Assembly: GCA_910577435.1 (NCBI GenBank)
Contig: CAJTLV010000005.1
Location: 7,080-71,079 of the forward strand
Source of the DNA: an uncultured Christensenella sp.
Lineage (GTDB): Bacteria > Bacillota > Clostridia > Christensenellales > Pumilibacteraceae
DNA length: 64,000 bases
Direction: 5' to 3'
Shown: positions 8,554 to 18,380 of the stretch, piece by piece
How positions within the stretch are numbered: position 1 is the first letter of the stretch
Layout of the letters: each line of letters starts with the position of its first letter
The notes under the pieces: model-generated
Database searches by the model: none
The model's input: only the letters and a program-made list of their open reading frames with translations
What the model was told of the DNA's origin: nothing
Program-made: the position numbers and the translations under genes

Positions 8554-11500
8554 TTCTCTATCGCAAGCGCCACGTCGTGACCGTTAATATCTGCGGCGAC
8601 TGCGTCCGCGCGTCCCGCCGCCTTGCCCACTTCGAGCGCGAGAGTGACTTTCGCTATGCGCTCGCCGTGAGCAGCGAACACGCCGTCGATAAATTTATCG
8701 CCGTTATAGTACAGCTTTATCCTGTCTGTAACGTCGAAGCCCGCCGACTTTCGCATAGTCTGGATCTTGGAAATAAGCTCCCGCGCGCACCCTTCCGCGA
8801 TGAGCTCGTCGGTGAGCGCAACGTCGAGCGCGACGGTCATATCCGCGCTTTGCTCTACCGAGTATCCGTCCGCGCCGCGCGTCGCGATGAGCATATCGTC
8901 CTTAGTCAGTTCGACGGTCTGCCCGTCCGTATCGAACTTATACACTCCGCCGCCGAGCGCGGTTTTCGCCGCCTCGTCGCCGTTTTCGGCGAGACGCGCG
9001 CGAATGGCTCCGACAAGTTTTCCGTACTTCGGTCCGACGGTTTTGAGTTGCGGCTTTACGTCATAACCCGTAAGCTCGTTAGTGCCGCCGAGTACGACAT
9101 CTTTGACGTTCAGCTCGTCGGCGAGGATATACGAATACTCTGTCGGGAACTCGCCGGACACGACCGCTTTCGCGAGCGTCTGCCTGTTCTTTATCCCGCT
9201 CTTGTTCCGCGCCGCTCTGCCAAGCTCCGCCGCGAGAATGACGCGCTCCATATCGGCGGTCAGTTTTGCGTCGATTTTGAATTGTTTCGCCGTCGGGTAA
9301 TCCGCCATATGCACGGAGATCGGCGCTTTGCCGTCGACGGTGCGCGTGATGTTTTGATATATTTCTTCCGCTATGAACGGCGTGAACGGCGCCGTCAGTT
9401 TCGCAACGGTATCGAGCGCGGTATACAACGTATAGAACGCCGCCGTTTTGTCGTCGCCCATTCCGCCTGCCCAGAACCTGTCGCGCGAGCGGCGCACATA
9501 CCAGTTTGAAAGCTGTTCCGTGAAATCGCCGATGAGCTTTGCCGCTTCGTATATCTTATACTCTTCCAGATATGCGTTGACCTTGCCGACGACCGTGCCG
9601 AGCGCCGACAAAAGCCACTTGTCGAGCAGTGAATACTTGACCTTTTTCGCGTTTACCTTCGTCGGGTCGAAACTGTCTATATCGGCGTATAGGCAATAGA
9701 ACGCGTAAGTATTGTACAGCGTGCCGAGATACTTGTTCTGCGACTCGACGACCGCTTTCCGATAGAACCGCGACGGCAGATACGGCGCGGAGTTCGTGTA
9801 GAAATACCAACGCACCGCGTCCGCGCCGCACGCGTCGAATACCGCGAACGGGTCGACGACGTTGCCCAAGTGCTTGGACTGCTTGCGCCCCTGCTCGTCG
9901 GTGACGTGACCGAGTACCAAACAGTTTTTGAACGGCGCCTTGCCGAACATAAGCGTCGAAATGACGAGCAGCGTATAGAACCAGCCGCGCGTCTGATCGA
10001 CCGCTTCGGATATGAAGTTTGCGGGGAATGTCTTTTCGAACGTCTCTTTGTTTTCGAACGGATAATGATACTGCGCGAACGGCATAGATCCCGAATCGTA
10101 CCAGCAATCGATGACTTCGGGCGTGCGCTTCATAGTGCCGCCGCACGAACAGCGGTAAGTCGCTCCGTCGACGTAGGGCTTGTGCAGTTCGATATCGCCC
10201 TTTATTCCGCATTTTTCTTTGAGTTCTTTTTTAGAACCTATCGCCTCGGTCTTTCCGCACTTGTCGCACACCCAGATAGGAAGCGGCGTGCCCCAATACC
10301 TGTCGCGCGACAATCCCCAATCGATCACGTTTTCCAAGAAGTTGCCCATTCTGCCCGTGCCGATCGACTGCGGATACCAATTGACGGACGCATTGTTTTT
10401 TATAAGTTCGTCCTTGACCGCCGTCGTCTTTATGAACCAGCTCGACCGCGCGTAATATATGAGCGGCGTGTTGCACCGCCAGCAGAACGGATAACTGTGC
10501 GTATACATCGGCGCGGATATGAGAAGTCCGCGCGTCTTTAAGTCTTTGAGTATGAGCTTGTCCGCGTCCTTGCAGAACTGCCCCGCGAAATCTTGCGGCT
10601 CGGTGAACCGTCCGCGCTCGTCGATGGTCATTACGAGCGGCAGATCGTTCGCCTTGCCGACGCGCGAGTCGTCCTCGCCGAACGCGGGCGCGATGTGGAC
10701 TATGCCCGTGCCGTCGGTGAGCGTTACATACCCGTCGGCAACCACACGGTAACAGTCCTTTTCGCCGGTGTACGTGCGGTAAAGCGGCGCATAGTGCGCG
10801 CCGACGAGTTCTTTACCCTTGTACGTCTTTATTATCTTGTAGTTTTCGAAATGCTTGCCGACGAGCTGTTCCGCAAGTATATACCTGTTGCCGTCGACGT
10901 CGATAAGCGCATAATCGTAATCCGGACCTACGCACAGCGCGACGTTGGACGGGAGCGTCCAAGGCGTAGTCGTCCACGCGAGAAATTTGACGTTGCCGCC
11001 GCCGAAATCCGAATCGAACGCGACGACAGCCGATTTCTCTGTCACATCCTTATAACCCTGCGCCACCTCGTGCGACGACAGCGCCGTGCCGCAACGCGGG
11101 CAGTACGGAACTATCTTGTGTCCTTTATAAATCAGATCGCGATCGAAAATATTTTTAAGTGACCACCACACCGATTCGATATAATTGTCATCGTAAGTGA
11201 CGTACGGATGATCCATATCCGCCCAATACCCGACGCGGTCGGACATTACTTCCCATTCGGATTTATACTTCCACACGCTCTTTTTGCACTTGTCTATAAA
11301 CGGCTCTACGCCGTACTTTTCGATGTCCTGTTTGCCGTCGATGCCCAGCGACTTTTCCACTTCCAACTCGACGGGCAGACCGTGTGTATCCCAACCCGCT
11401 TTGCGCAAAACGTGCTTGCCGCGCATAGTATGAAAACGCGGGATTATATCTTTCATAGCGCGCGTCAAAACGTGTCCGACGTGCGGCTTGCCGTTAGCCG

Positions 11501-11642
11501 TCGGCGGACCGTCGTAGAACGAAAATTCCTCGCCGCCCTCGCGCGCTTTTACACTCTTAACGAACACGTCGTTTTCTTTCCAAAACTCTGCAACGCGCTT
11601 TTCCATATTTACGGGATCGTAACCCGTTACTTTCTTATACAT
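8547..11642 (-). CDS. ileS: isoleucine--tRNA ligase (type 2, long form)
   Basis: 1031 aa. HIGH-type motif PPTANGKPHVGHVLTR, KMSKS-type KQSKHLGN, and a CP1 editing domain pattern. Confidence 0.97.
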   Translation of the reverse strand: MYKKVTGYDPVNMEKRVAEFWKENDVFVKSVKAREGGEEFSFYDGPPTANGKPHVGHVLTRAMKDIIPRFHTMRGKHVLRKAGWDTHGLPVELEVEKSLGIDGKQDIEKYGVEPFIDKCKKSVWKYKSEWEVMSDRVGYWADMDHPYVTYDDNYIESVWWSLKNIFDRDLIYKGHKIVPYCPRCGTALSSHEVAQGYKDVTEKSAVVAFDSDFGGGNVKFLAWTTTPWTLPSNVALCVGPDYDYALIDVDGNRYILAEQLVGKHFENYKIIKTYKGKELVGAHYAPLYRTYTGEKDCYRVVADGYVTLTDGTGIVHIAPAFGEDDSRVGKANDLPLVMTIDERGRFTEPQDFAGQFCKDADKLILKDLKTRGLLISAPMYTHSYPFCWRCNTPLIYYARSSWFIKTTAVKDELIKNNASVNWYPQSIGTGRMGNFLENVIDWGLSRDRYWGTPLPIWVCDKCGKTEAIGSKKELKEKCGIKGDIELHKPYVDGATYRCSCGGTMKRTPEVIDCWYDSGSMPFAQYHYPFENKETFEKTFPANFISEAVDQTRGWFYTLLVISTLMFGKAPFKNCLVLGHVTDEQGRKQSKHLGNVVDPFAVFDACGADAVRWYFYTNSAPYLPSRFYRKAVVESQNKYLGTLYNTYAFYCLYADIDSFDPTKVNAKKVKYSLLDKWLLSALGTVVGKVNAYLEEYKIYEAAKLIGDFTEQLSNWYVRRSRDRFWAGGMGDDKTAAFYTLYTALDTVAKLTAPFTPFIAEEIYQNITRTVDGKAPISVHMADYPTAKQFKIDAKLTADMERVILAAELGRAARNKSGIKNRQTLAKAVVSGEFPTEYSYILADELNVKDVVLGGTNELTGYDVKPQLKTVGPKYGKLVGAIRARLAENGDEAAKTALGGGVYKFDTDGQTVELTKDDMLIATRGADGYSVEQSADMTVALDVALTDELIAEGCARELISKIQTMRKSAGFDVTDRIKLYYNGDKFIDGVFAAHGERIAKVTLALEVGKAAGRADAVAADINGHDVALAIEKC

Positions 11643-11672
11643 AAAAAATTTTGTCCTCCCGAATTTCCAAAG

Positions 11673-12350
11673 CTATATCATATATACGTAAATGCACACG
11701 AAATGCATTGCCGCGCCCGCCATCACGAAGAAATGCCATATCGCGTGATTGAACGGGATCTTTTTGATCGCGTAAAACAGTATGCCGACGGAGTAAACGA
11801 TACCGCCGCCGAGCAAAAACCAAAAACACCCTCTGCCGCACAGCGCAAGTATTCTGTTTATCCTGATTATGCACGCCCACCCCATCACGATGTAAGCGAT
11901 GAGACTGAACACCTTGAACTTAGTCACGTTTATGCCGTTGAATACTATGGACAGTATCGCCATCGCCGCAACGATCGCGAAAAGCGTGTATCCCCATATC
12001 ATATCGGCGCGCGTGCCTCTCATCATACCGATAAGCATAACGGGCGCATACGTGCCGAATATCAACACCGATATAGTGCAGTGATCGAGCCGACGGAACA
12101 CCGCGCGGCGGCGCGTACCGTACTTCATAGAATGGTAGAGCGCGCTCACCGCGAACATTGCTATAATGGAAATCCCGTAAATAAAAACGGCAACGCTCGA
12201 AAGTGTCGAGCCTTGCGGAACGGTTTTGAGCATAAGAAAAACAAGCCCAACAAATCCAAGCGCTGCGCCTAACGCGTGCGTTATGATATTGGTGAGTTCT
12301 TGCGGCTTGCCGTACGCTATCTGAGTCTGTACTACCTTAGCCTTGCTCAT
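11673..12350 (-). CDS. hemolysin III / PAQR family membrane protein
   Basis: ORF 11673..12386. Likely start is MSKAKVV (12350). Seven-TM pattern with ITHALGA, SALYHS, LDHCTI and HFFVMAG motifs typical of YplQ/TrhA proteins. Confidence 0.85.
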   Translation of the reverse strand: MSKAKVVQTQIAYGKPQELTNIITHALGAALGFVGLVFLMLKTVPQGSTLSSVAVFIYGISIIAMFAVSALYHSMKYGTRRRAVFRRLDHCTISVLIFGTYAPVMLIGMMRGTRADMIWGYTLFAIVAAMAILSIVFNGINVTKFKVFSLIAYIVMGWACIIRINRILALCGRGCFWFLLGGGIVYSVGILFYAIKKIPFNHAIWHFFVMAGAAMHFVCIYVYMI

Positions 12351-12357
12351 AGATTTC

Positions 12358-12386
12358 AGTATAACATATAACTTTGCGGCGGTCAA
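12358..12386 (-). promoter_or_regulatory. sigma-70/SigA-type promoter for the hlyIII-ileS unit
   Basis: Minus strand reads TTGACC, a 17-nt spacer, then TATACT, ending about 8 nt before the ATG region at 12350. Confidence 0.45.
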
Positions 12387-12480
12387 TCGATTTATGTCAA
12401 TTGGGTATCGTGAATTATGCTACGGCTTATAAAGCAGTAACCGTATAATCGGAATATTCGGAATCAAATTCGCATAGCGA

Positions 12481-13035
12481 TCACAAAACGGACGGCAACG
12501 ACTCGTCGATTAAGTCAAGTAACAAACTGCCTTTCGGCTTGGAGAACGAACAATACTTGCAACGCATATAGTCTACGCCGTTAATTGTGAAACCGTCTAT
12601 CCAAGTATGCTTCTGCGGATAAATCGCTTGCGCTCCGCACCTGCAATATGCCGCATGCGAAAACTGATCCGATTTTCCGTAAGTCCATGTATATGAATGA
12701 TTTTCCGTTATACTGTCTTCGCAAACACAGGATACGAAGTGTTGCTTGTCGCTTACCGTCTTATAATTAAGTGTATAGTTGCATTTGTCGTGCTTGTACG
12801 TTACCACCTTATCACTGCAATAGCAGTAATACTTATATGTGCCGTCCCCTTGCACTACCGTGTAATTATTCGAATGTTTGTGGTCGATATTAAAACGAAT
12901 AACCAAATATCCGCGATATGTATCATATCCCATATTAGATAATGTTCGCCGCGTCGATCCGGTGTGCCAACCCGCATGAAAATATACTTCGTTCGTAGCT
13001 TCGTCATAATCGTAAGCCACGCAAGCGTGACCCAA
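12481..13035 (-). CDS. hypothetical Cys/His-rich protein; probably the C-terminal part of a disrupted secreted cysteine-peptidase-like gene
   Basis: 184-aa ORF starting at TTG. The reading frame stays open a further ~17 codons upstream (HRISVSEVANCNPVIVSLGKNGTEL-GHACVAYDYD). Repeated H...C.C motifs follow (YYCYCSDK, FVSCVCED, AAYCRCGA, RCKYCSF). Visibly AT-richer than the flanks. Confidence 0.5.
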   Translation of the reverse strand: MGHACVAYDYDEATNEVYFHAGWHTGSTRRTLSNMGYDTYRGYLVIRFNIDHKHSNNYTVVQGDGTYKYYCYCSDKVVTYKHDKCNYTLNYKTVSDKQHFVSCVCEDSITENHSYTWTYGKSDQFSHAAYCRCGAQAIYPQKHTWIDGFTINGVDYMRCKYCSFSKPKGSLLLDLIDESLPSVL

Positions 13036-13087
13036 TTCCGTTCCGTTTTTTCCTAATGAAACAATAACCGGATTGCAGTTTGCTACT

Positions 13088-13351
13088 TCAGATACCGAAA
13101 TTCGATGTCAATCCTTTGAAATAAGCCTGCGCAAAGTTGTCGTAAGTCGTAAAACTGTTGGAGCTAGCCGCCGCAGGTATTATCCTGCTATCGAATTCAT
13201 CGCCGCATTCATCGTCATCATACGCTCCCGCAACACACTCTTGAACCGAAATATCTATCGGAGCAAAGCTAGATATTTCGAACGTATTGCCCAAAGGACC
13301 TAGAAACGAAAACAGCGCACAAACTGCCATTGCAAAAAGGCCTACTTTCAT
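13088..13351 (-). CDS. signal-peptide-bearing fragment; probable N-terminal part of the same disrupted gene
   Basis: 87 aa. MKVGLFAMAVCALFSF signal peptide, ending ...NFAQAYFKGLTSNFGI then TGA. The downstream ORF continues in a different frame. Confidence 0.45.
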   Translation of the reverse strand: MKVGLFAMAVCALFSFLGPLGNTFEISSFAPIDISVQECVAGAYDDDECGDEFDSRIIPAAASSNSFTTYDNFAQAYFKGLTSNFGI

Positions 13352-14019
13352 AATTCGTCATCTGTTTCTTCAAACTCCATTGAATCGCCCCATACGAGAC
13401 GTTCTGTCAAAAAGTTTTCGAACCACTCCTGCGTTACCGGTACCCACGTACTGAAAAAGAATGTCGCAAAGCACTCGCCATCCATAAAAATATTTATAAA
13501 TTTATGAGAAAATTTACATTCGGACGAAGTTTCCTTTACAAACAAAAAGGATAACTTATTTCGATCATATTCCGCCGCTAACGGTTTAATATAAATATCA
13601 CAGGCAAAACTATGTTTCTCTGCGGCTTTTGGCGGCGCACCCAATTCTTCATCGTAATAAACGCATGATGTATATGAATACAGCTTGTCATCATGCTTCC
13701 CCATCACATAATATGATTGGTGCTTGGTATACATATTGTTTTCATCCGCATTAAACAGACATAATTTATTGCCCTTATAATTTTCGGCATATATCCCTGC
13801 GCAATCGTCGAAATCATAATATCCGTCTACCACCCGATGTTGAAAATATCCCATTTCCCACTCGCATATAGGCACCCCATCAATATACTCAATCGGATCG
13901 GTAAAAGTATAAGGCTTCTCTTTGCACGCGCACAGCGGAATCGAAAGCCACATACAAGCACAAACGGTTAAAACAATCATTATTTTATTTTTCGAATAGC
14001 ACAAAACAGCCCGTTTCAT
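13348..14019 (-). CDS. hypothetical lipoprotein
   Basis: ORF 13348..14082. Likely start MKRAVLCYSKNKIMIVLTVCACMWLSIPLCAC (lipobox-like LCAC). ATGA overlap with the next gene. AT-rich. No family recognised. Confidence 0.55.
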   Translation of the reverse strand: MKRAVLCYSKNKIMIVLTVCACMWLSIPLCACKEKPYTFTDPIEYIDGVPICEWEMGYFQHRVVDGYYDFDDCAGIYAENYKGNKLCLFNADENNMYTKHQSYYVMGKHDDKLYSYTSCVYYDEELGAPPKAAEKHSFACDIYIKPLAAEYDRNKLSFLFVKETSSECKFSHKFINIFMDGECFATFFFSTWVPVTQEWFENFLTERLVWGDSMEFEETDDEL

Positions 14020-14156
14020 CGAAACCCCCGTTGATCCGTCTAATATCCGTATCACGTTTATATTACATATTATATCACACAATTCATATATGTCAATAGA
14101 ATTATAAAAAAATCACAGACAAAAGAGCGGCAAAGCCGCTCTTCGATTTTGCATTC

Positions 14157-15230
14157 CTAATTGCGAAATGTACTTTCTATTACTCCGCCGCCCAAGCACC
14201 GTTCGCCGACATATATTACGGCGTACTGACCTTGCGTGACGGCGCGCTGCGGAACGTCGAAATCCAGTCTGAACGCACCGCCGCCGAGCAATGTCAACGT
14301 CGCGGGGAAATCGGGTTGACGGTATCTCGTCTTGGCCGTACAGCGCAACACGTCGCCGCCGTCGTAACTGCCTATTATATTTAATCCGCTGCCGATAAGC
14401 CCGTCCGAATACAGCGCGCTCTCGTCGCCGCACGACACTACGAGCCGATTGTTCTCCACGTCCTTTCTTAACACAAACCATCTGCCGCTCTCGCCCTTTA
14501 CGCCGCCTATACCCAAACCGCGCCGCTGTCCGAGCGTATAATACATAAGTCCGTCGTGCCTGCCGACGACCTTACCGTCGGTATCGACTATATCGCCCGC
14601 GTTTGCGGGAATGTACGTCTTTAAGAACTGTTTGAACTTTCGCTCGCCGATAAAGCATATTCCCGTGCTGTCCTTTTTTTGCGCAACCGACAGACCGAGC
14701 CGATTCGCCTTTTCGCGCACCTGCGGTTTTGTCAGTCCGCCTATCGGAAACAGCACGTTTTCGAGCTGTTCGGTAAGGACCTGATTGAGGAAATACGACT
14801 GATCTTTATTGCTGTCGACGGCGCGAAGCAGTCTGTCGCCGTCGCGGCGGCAGTAATGCCCCGTCGCGATATAGTCCGCGCCGAGATCGTTGCAATAATC
14901 GCGAAACACGCCGAACTTGACTACCCTGTTGCACAGCACGTCGGGATTAGGCGTTCTGAGCGCCCTGTACTCGCGCAGGAAATAATCGAACACACCGTCC
15001 GCATACTCCTTTGCGAAGTCGACCGAATAGCACTCGATACCGAGCTTATCGCTTACCGCCTTTACGTCGCGCCAGTCGTCTGCGGCCGTACACTCGCCGC
15101 CGTCGTCCTCCCAATTGCGCATAAAAAGACCGGTCACGTCGTACCCGTCCTCTTTGAGGATCGCCGCCGCGACAGCCGAATCGACGCCGCCCGACATTCC
15201 GATTATTACTTTTTTACGTTCGTTTGCCAT
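14157..15230 (-). CDS. mnmA: tRNA 2-thiouridine(34) synthase
   Basis: 357 aa. PP-loop GMSGGVDSAVAA, plus DQSYFL and ICF motifs. Confidence 0.95.
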   Translation of the reverse strand: MANERKKVIIGMSGGVDSAVAAAILKEDGYDVTGLFMRNWEDDGGECTAADDWRDVKAVSDKLGIECYSVDFAKEYADGVFDYFLREYRALRTPNPDVLCNRVVKFGVFRDYCNDLGADYIATGHYCRRDGDRLLRAVDSNKDQSYFLNQVLTEQLENVLFPIGGLTKPQVREKANRLGLSVAQKKDSTGICFIGERKFKQFLKTYIPANAGDIVDTDGKVVGRHDGLMYYTLGQRRGLGIGGVKGESGRWFVLRKDVENNRLVVSCGDESALYSDGLIGSGLNIIGSYDGGDVLRCTAKTRYRQPDFPATLTLLGGGAFRLDFDVPQRAVTQGQYAVIYVGERCLGGGVIESTFRN

Positions 15231-15275
15231 TATGTTTTACCGTCGTTATTTGCGCGAAATTTCAGTCGTATCGAT

Positions 15276-16415
15276 TTACATATAGTCGAAGTTAACTTCG
15301 GTCGAATAGCCGAGTTTGCTCTTTACGTGTGCCGCTACGAGCGCCTTTATCTCGTCGGTCGGCACGCCGTCTCTGCCGAACGCTACGTCCAACTCGACCT
15401 TGTTTTCGTTGTCGTCAATAGATACGTCGTGCACCGTCGCGTCGAATCGTTCGAGCAGTTTGGACAGACTGCACGTAAGCTCCGTGAGTCGCACGTCGTC
15501 CGTGATCAGCGGATCGGCGTGAATCGAAAGGCGCACGCCCGTCTCTTTGAGAACCCTATGTTCCAAGCCGTCGCAGATTTTATGAACTTCGACGAAACTC
15601 ATATCTGCGGGAAGCACTATGTCCGCTTCGGCGATCTTATTCGTCTCACCGTAGTCGTTGATTATTATGTCGTGTAGCGAAACGACATTTTCGTCCTCTT
15701 TGAGTATTCCCGCTATCTTCTCCGTCAGCGCTCCGTCGGGACGTTCGCCCAACAGTCTGCTCACCGTCGATTTGAGTATGCGCACGGCGAACACTAGTAT
15801 GACTGCGGATACGGCGACCGACGCGTAACCGTCTATGTGCGCGCCGGTAAATTTTTCGATCACCGCGCAGATAAGCACCGCAGACGTGACGGCAACGTCG
15901 CTTATACTGTCCACTGCCGCCGCCTTTACCGTTTCCGCACCCGCACGCCTGCCTCGCACCGAATAGAACACAGCCATAAACGCCTTGACCGCTATGCCGG
16001 CGCCGAGCGTCGCCCACACTATCGCGTCGAAGTTCACGTCGACGGGCGATATTATCCGTTCTATTCCGCCGAGCAATATTTCTATGCCGACCGCGACGAT
16101 CACCGCACCCAGCACAAACGTCGCTATGTACTCGTACCGTCCGTGACCGTAAGGATGCTCACGGTCGGCGGCGCGCGCGGATAGCGCCATAGCGACGATA
16201 GTGACAGCGGAAACCGCCGCGTCCGAAAGATTGTTCGCCGCGTCAGACGCGACCGAAGCCGCCCCCGACAGTATTCCTGCCGCGAGCTTTGCCGCGCCCA
16301 GAGCTATATTGAGAGCCAGTCCCACCGCAAGAGTGGCTACCGCATTTTTTACACGCTTGTTTTTAACCAATTCGCACCGTGATTTAATATATGTTCCGAA
16401 CGCACGTTCGGTCAC
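15276..16415 (-). CDS. cation diffusion facilitator (CDF) family metal efflux transporter
   Basis: 379 aa with a GTG start. TM domain has SDAANNLSDA and HPYGHGRYE motifs. C-terminal cytoplasmic domain (HDIIINDYG...). Confidence 0.8.
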   Translation of the reverse strand: MTERAFGTYIKSRCELVKNKRVKNAVATLAVGLALNIALGAAKLAAGILSGAASVASDAANNLSDAAVSAVTIVAMALSARAADREHPYGHGRYEYIATFVLGAVIVAVGIEILLGGIERIISPVDVNFDAIVWATLGAGIAVKAFMAVFYSVRGRRAGAETVKAAAVDSISDVAVTSAVLICAVIEKFTGAHIDGYASVAVSAVILVFAVRILKSTVSRLLGERPDGALTEKIAGILKEDENVVSLHDIIINDYGETNKIAEADIVLPADMSFVEVHKICDGLEHRVLKETGVRLSIHADPLITDDVRLTELTCSLSKLLERFDATVHDVSIDDNENKVELDVAFGRDGVPTDEIKALVAAHVKSKLGYSTEVNFDYM

Positions 16416-16430
16416 AAAAGCAAGTACCCG

Positions 16431-17393
16431 CTACTTCCCGTCGCGCACTGTCTTTCTTGTCGTTCCGACTTTGTTCCCCCGTCTTTTACGCACGAGATTT
16501 ATCGCGACGAATATCCCGACGAGAACAAGCACCGCACACGCAACGACGGTATACATCGCCCATACGGGTACCTGCGTATCGAAAAAGTACATATTCGTAT
16601 CCAGCGAATCGAGTATCGTCTTTGCAACATCTTCCGGAATGCCCGCCGCAATAAACTTGTTTAGGAATTCACCCGACATATGCGTGCGCAATAATGCCGT
16701 GCAGTATGTTCCGGGCAGGCACATAACGGTGTCGGCTATCCCCTTTCCGAACTGCGAAATGGGATAGTACGCGCCGCATATAAATCCGTATACCGTAGAC
16801 ACTATCGTGGAAACGGCGCTCACCGCGCCCCGACTTTTAAGGAAGTTGCACACGACCGACGACAGCGCCGTTCCGAACAGCACCGTCAAGAGTACGTCCA
16901 GAAGCAATGCGAATCCGTCGAGCACCGTCATAGCCCACCCGCTTACCGCGAGATATATGAATCCGGCGCCGAGCGCCGTGTAGCACACTACGAGAGTGGC
17001 GACCGCTGTTGCGAAATAATATCCGAGAACGAGAACGGCGCGGTTTACCGGCGCTATCATAAGATCGTCGCGCGCGCCGGATAACCTGTCGTCGACCATC
17101 GCCATATTCGCAACAAACGCGACCGTGACGCCGCAAGTCGCGAGTATGGACGCGACTTCGAACGACGCGACAAACCCGTTTATGATTTTACTGTCTAACG
17201 TTTCGAGAAGTTCCTGCGGCAGGTTCGATTCGAAAGTATCTTTCAGCACGCCGTCCAAAAACAGCACGTACAACAAAAGAATGACAAGCGGTGCGATGAG
17301 CGCCGAAATAAACGTGCCTTTATCTCTGAAAAAAATCTTTATATTGCGCGCGGTGAACGCCGCCGTCTGTTTTATAAAAGTCTTGAATTTCAC
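16431..17393 (-). CDS. ABC-2 type transporter permease
   Basis: 320 aa with six predicted TM segments. 4-nt overlap with the upstream ATPase gene. Confidence 0.75.
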   Translation of the reverse strand: MKFKTFIKQTAAFTARNIKIFFRDKGTFISALIAPLVILLLYVLFLDGVLKDTFESNLPQELLETLDSKIINGFVASFEVASILATCGVTVAFVANMAMVDDRLSGARDDLMIAPVNRAVLVLGYYFATAVATLVVCYTALGAGFIYLAVSGWAMTVLDGFALLLDVLLTVLFGTALSSVVCNFLKSRGAVSAVSTIVSTVYGFICGAYYPISQFGKGIADTVMCLPGTYCTALLRTHMSGEFLNKFIAAGIPEDVAKTILDSLDTNMYFFDTQVPVWAMYTVVACAVLVLVGIFVAINLVRKRRGNKVGTTRKTVRDGK

Positions 17394-18334
17394 AATTCTT
17401 CACCGTTCAATTTTTTGCCCGTCGCAGCCAAAAACACATCGTCCATCTTGCCTTTGGAAACCTCGTAGTCGGTAAACAGTTCGGGATGCGCTTTTATGAG
17501 TTCCGTCGCCTCGCCCGTGTTCTTGACCTCGATACGCACTCCGCCCGCGATGTGTTCGATGCGCTTACCCAGTTTTTCGAGCGCAGCGATTTTATTATCC
17601 GCGCCGTCCTCACAGTCGTCGAAATAAAACGATATAAAATCGCCCGTGTATTTATTTTTCAGTTCGACGGGCGTGCCGCGCGCTACGATCCTGCCCGCGT
17701 CGAGTATGACCACGTAGTCCGCGCCGGCCGCCTCTTCCATATAGTGCGTTGTCAAAAATACGGTCAGCCCCTTGCCGCGCAGTTCGTCTATGACCCGCCA
17801 CACGGTGCTTCGCGTCTGCGGATCGAGACCGGTCGTCGGTTCGTCGAGTATCAGTATTTTCGGCTCGTGCAACAGTGCGCGCGCTATGTCCGCGCGCCTG
17901 CGCTGTCCACCCGAAAGTTTTCCGACGGGGCGCTTTTCGAGTTCTTTGAGCGACAGCAATTCGTCCAGCTCGGAATACCGCGCCTCGAAGTCCGCGCCGA
18001 ATATACCGTACAGCGCGGCGCGGCTTTTGAGATTATCCTTACATCCGAGCGCCTTATCGAGCGCGCTGTTCTGAAACACGACGCCCAGCTCTCGCTTGAT
18101 ATCCGCAAGGTCGGTATCGATGTCGCAACCGTCTACAACGACTCTCCCGCCGTCGCGCTCCAAGCCGCCGCAGATTATCGAAATGGTAGTCGATTTGCCC
18201 GCGCCGTTCACGCCGAGAAACGCGAACAGTTCGCCGCGTTTCACTCTGAACGATATGTCGTTCACCGCCGTGAGATCGCCGAACTTTTTTACAAGCCCGT
18301 CTATCTCGATAATGTTATCGGCGTTCTCTTCCAT
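17390..18334 (-). CDS. ABC transporter ATP-binding protein
   Basis: Walker A GVNGAGKST, signature LSGGQRRR, Walker B ILILDEP. I prefer the MEENADNIIEIDG start (18334, GGAGGA 3-4 nt upstream). The ORF-track start is 18376. Confidence 0.9.
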   Translation of the reverse strand: MEENADNIIEIDGLVKKFGDLTAVNDISFRVKRGELFAFLGVNGAGKSTTISIICGGLERDGGRVVVDGCDIDTDLADIKRELGVVFQNSALDKALGCKDNLKSRAALYGIFGADFEARYSELDELLSLKELEKRPVGKLSGGQRRRADIARALLHEPKILILDEPTTGLDPQTRSTVWRVIDELRGKGLTVFLTTHYMEEAAGADYVVILDAGRIVARGTPVELKNKYTGDFISFYFDDCEDGADNKIAALEKLGKRIEHIAGGVRIEVKNTGEATELIKAHPELFTDYEVSKGKMDDVFLAATGKKLNGEEL

Positions 18335-18380
18335 ACATCCTCCGATCGGTATCTTTCCGCGCCGAAACCGACGCATACGT

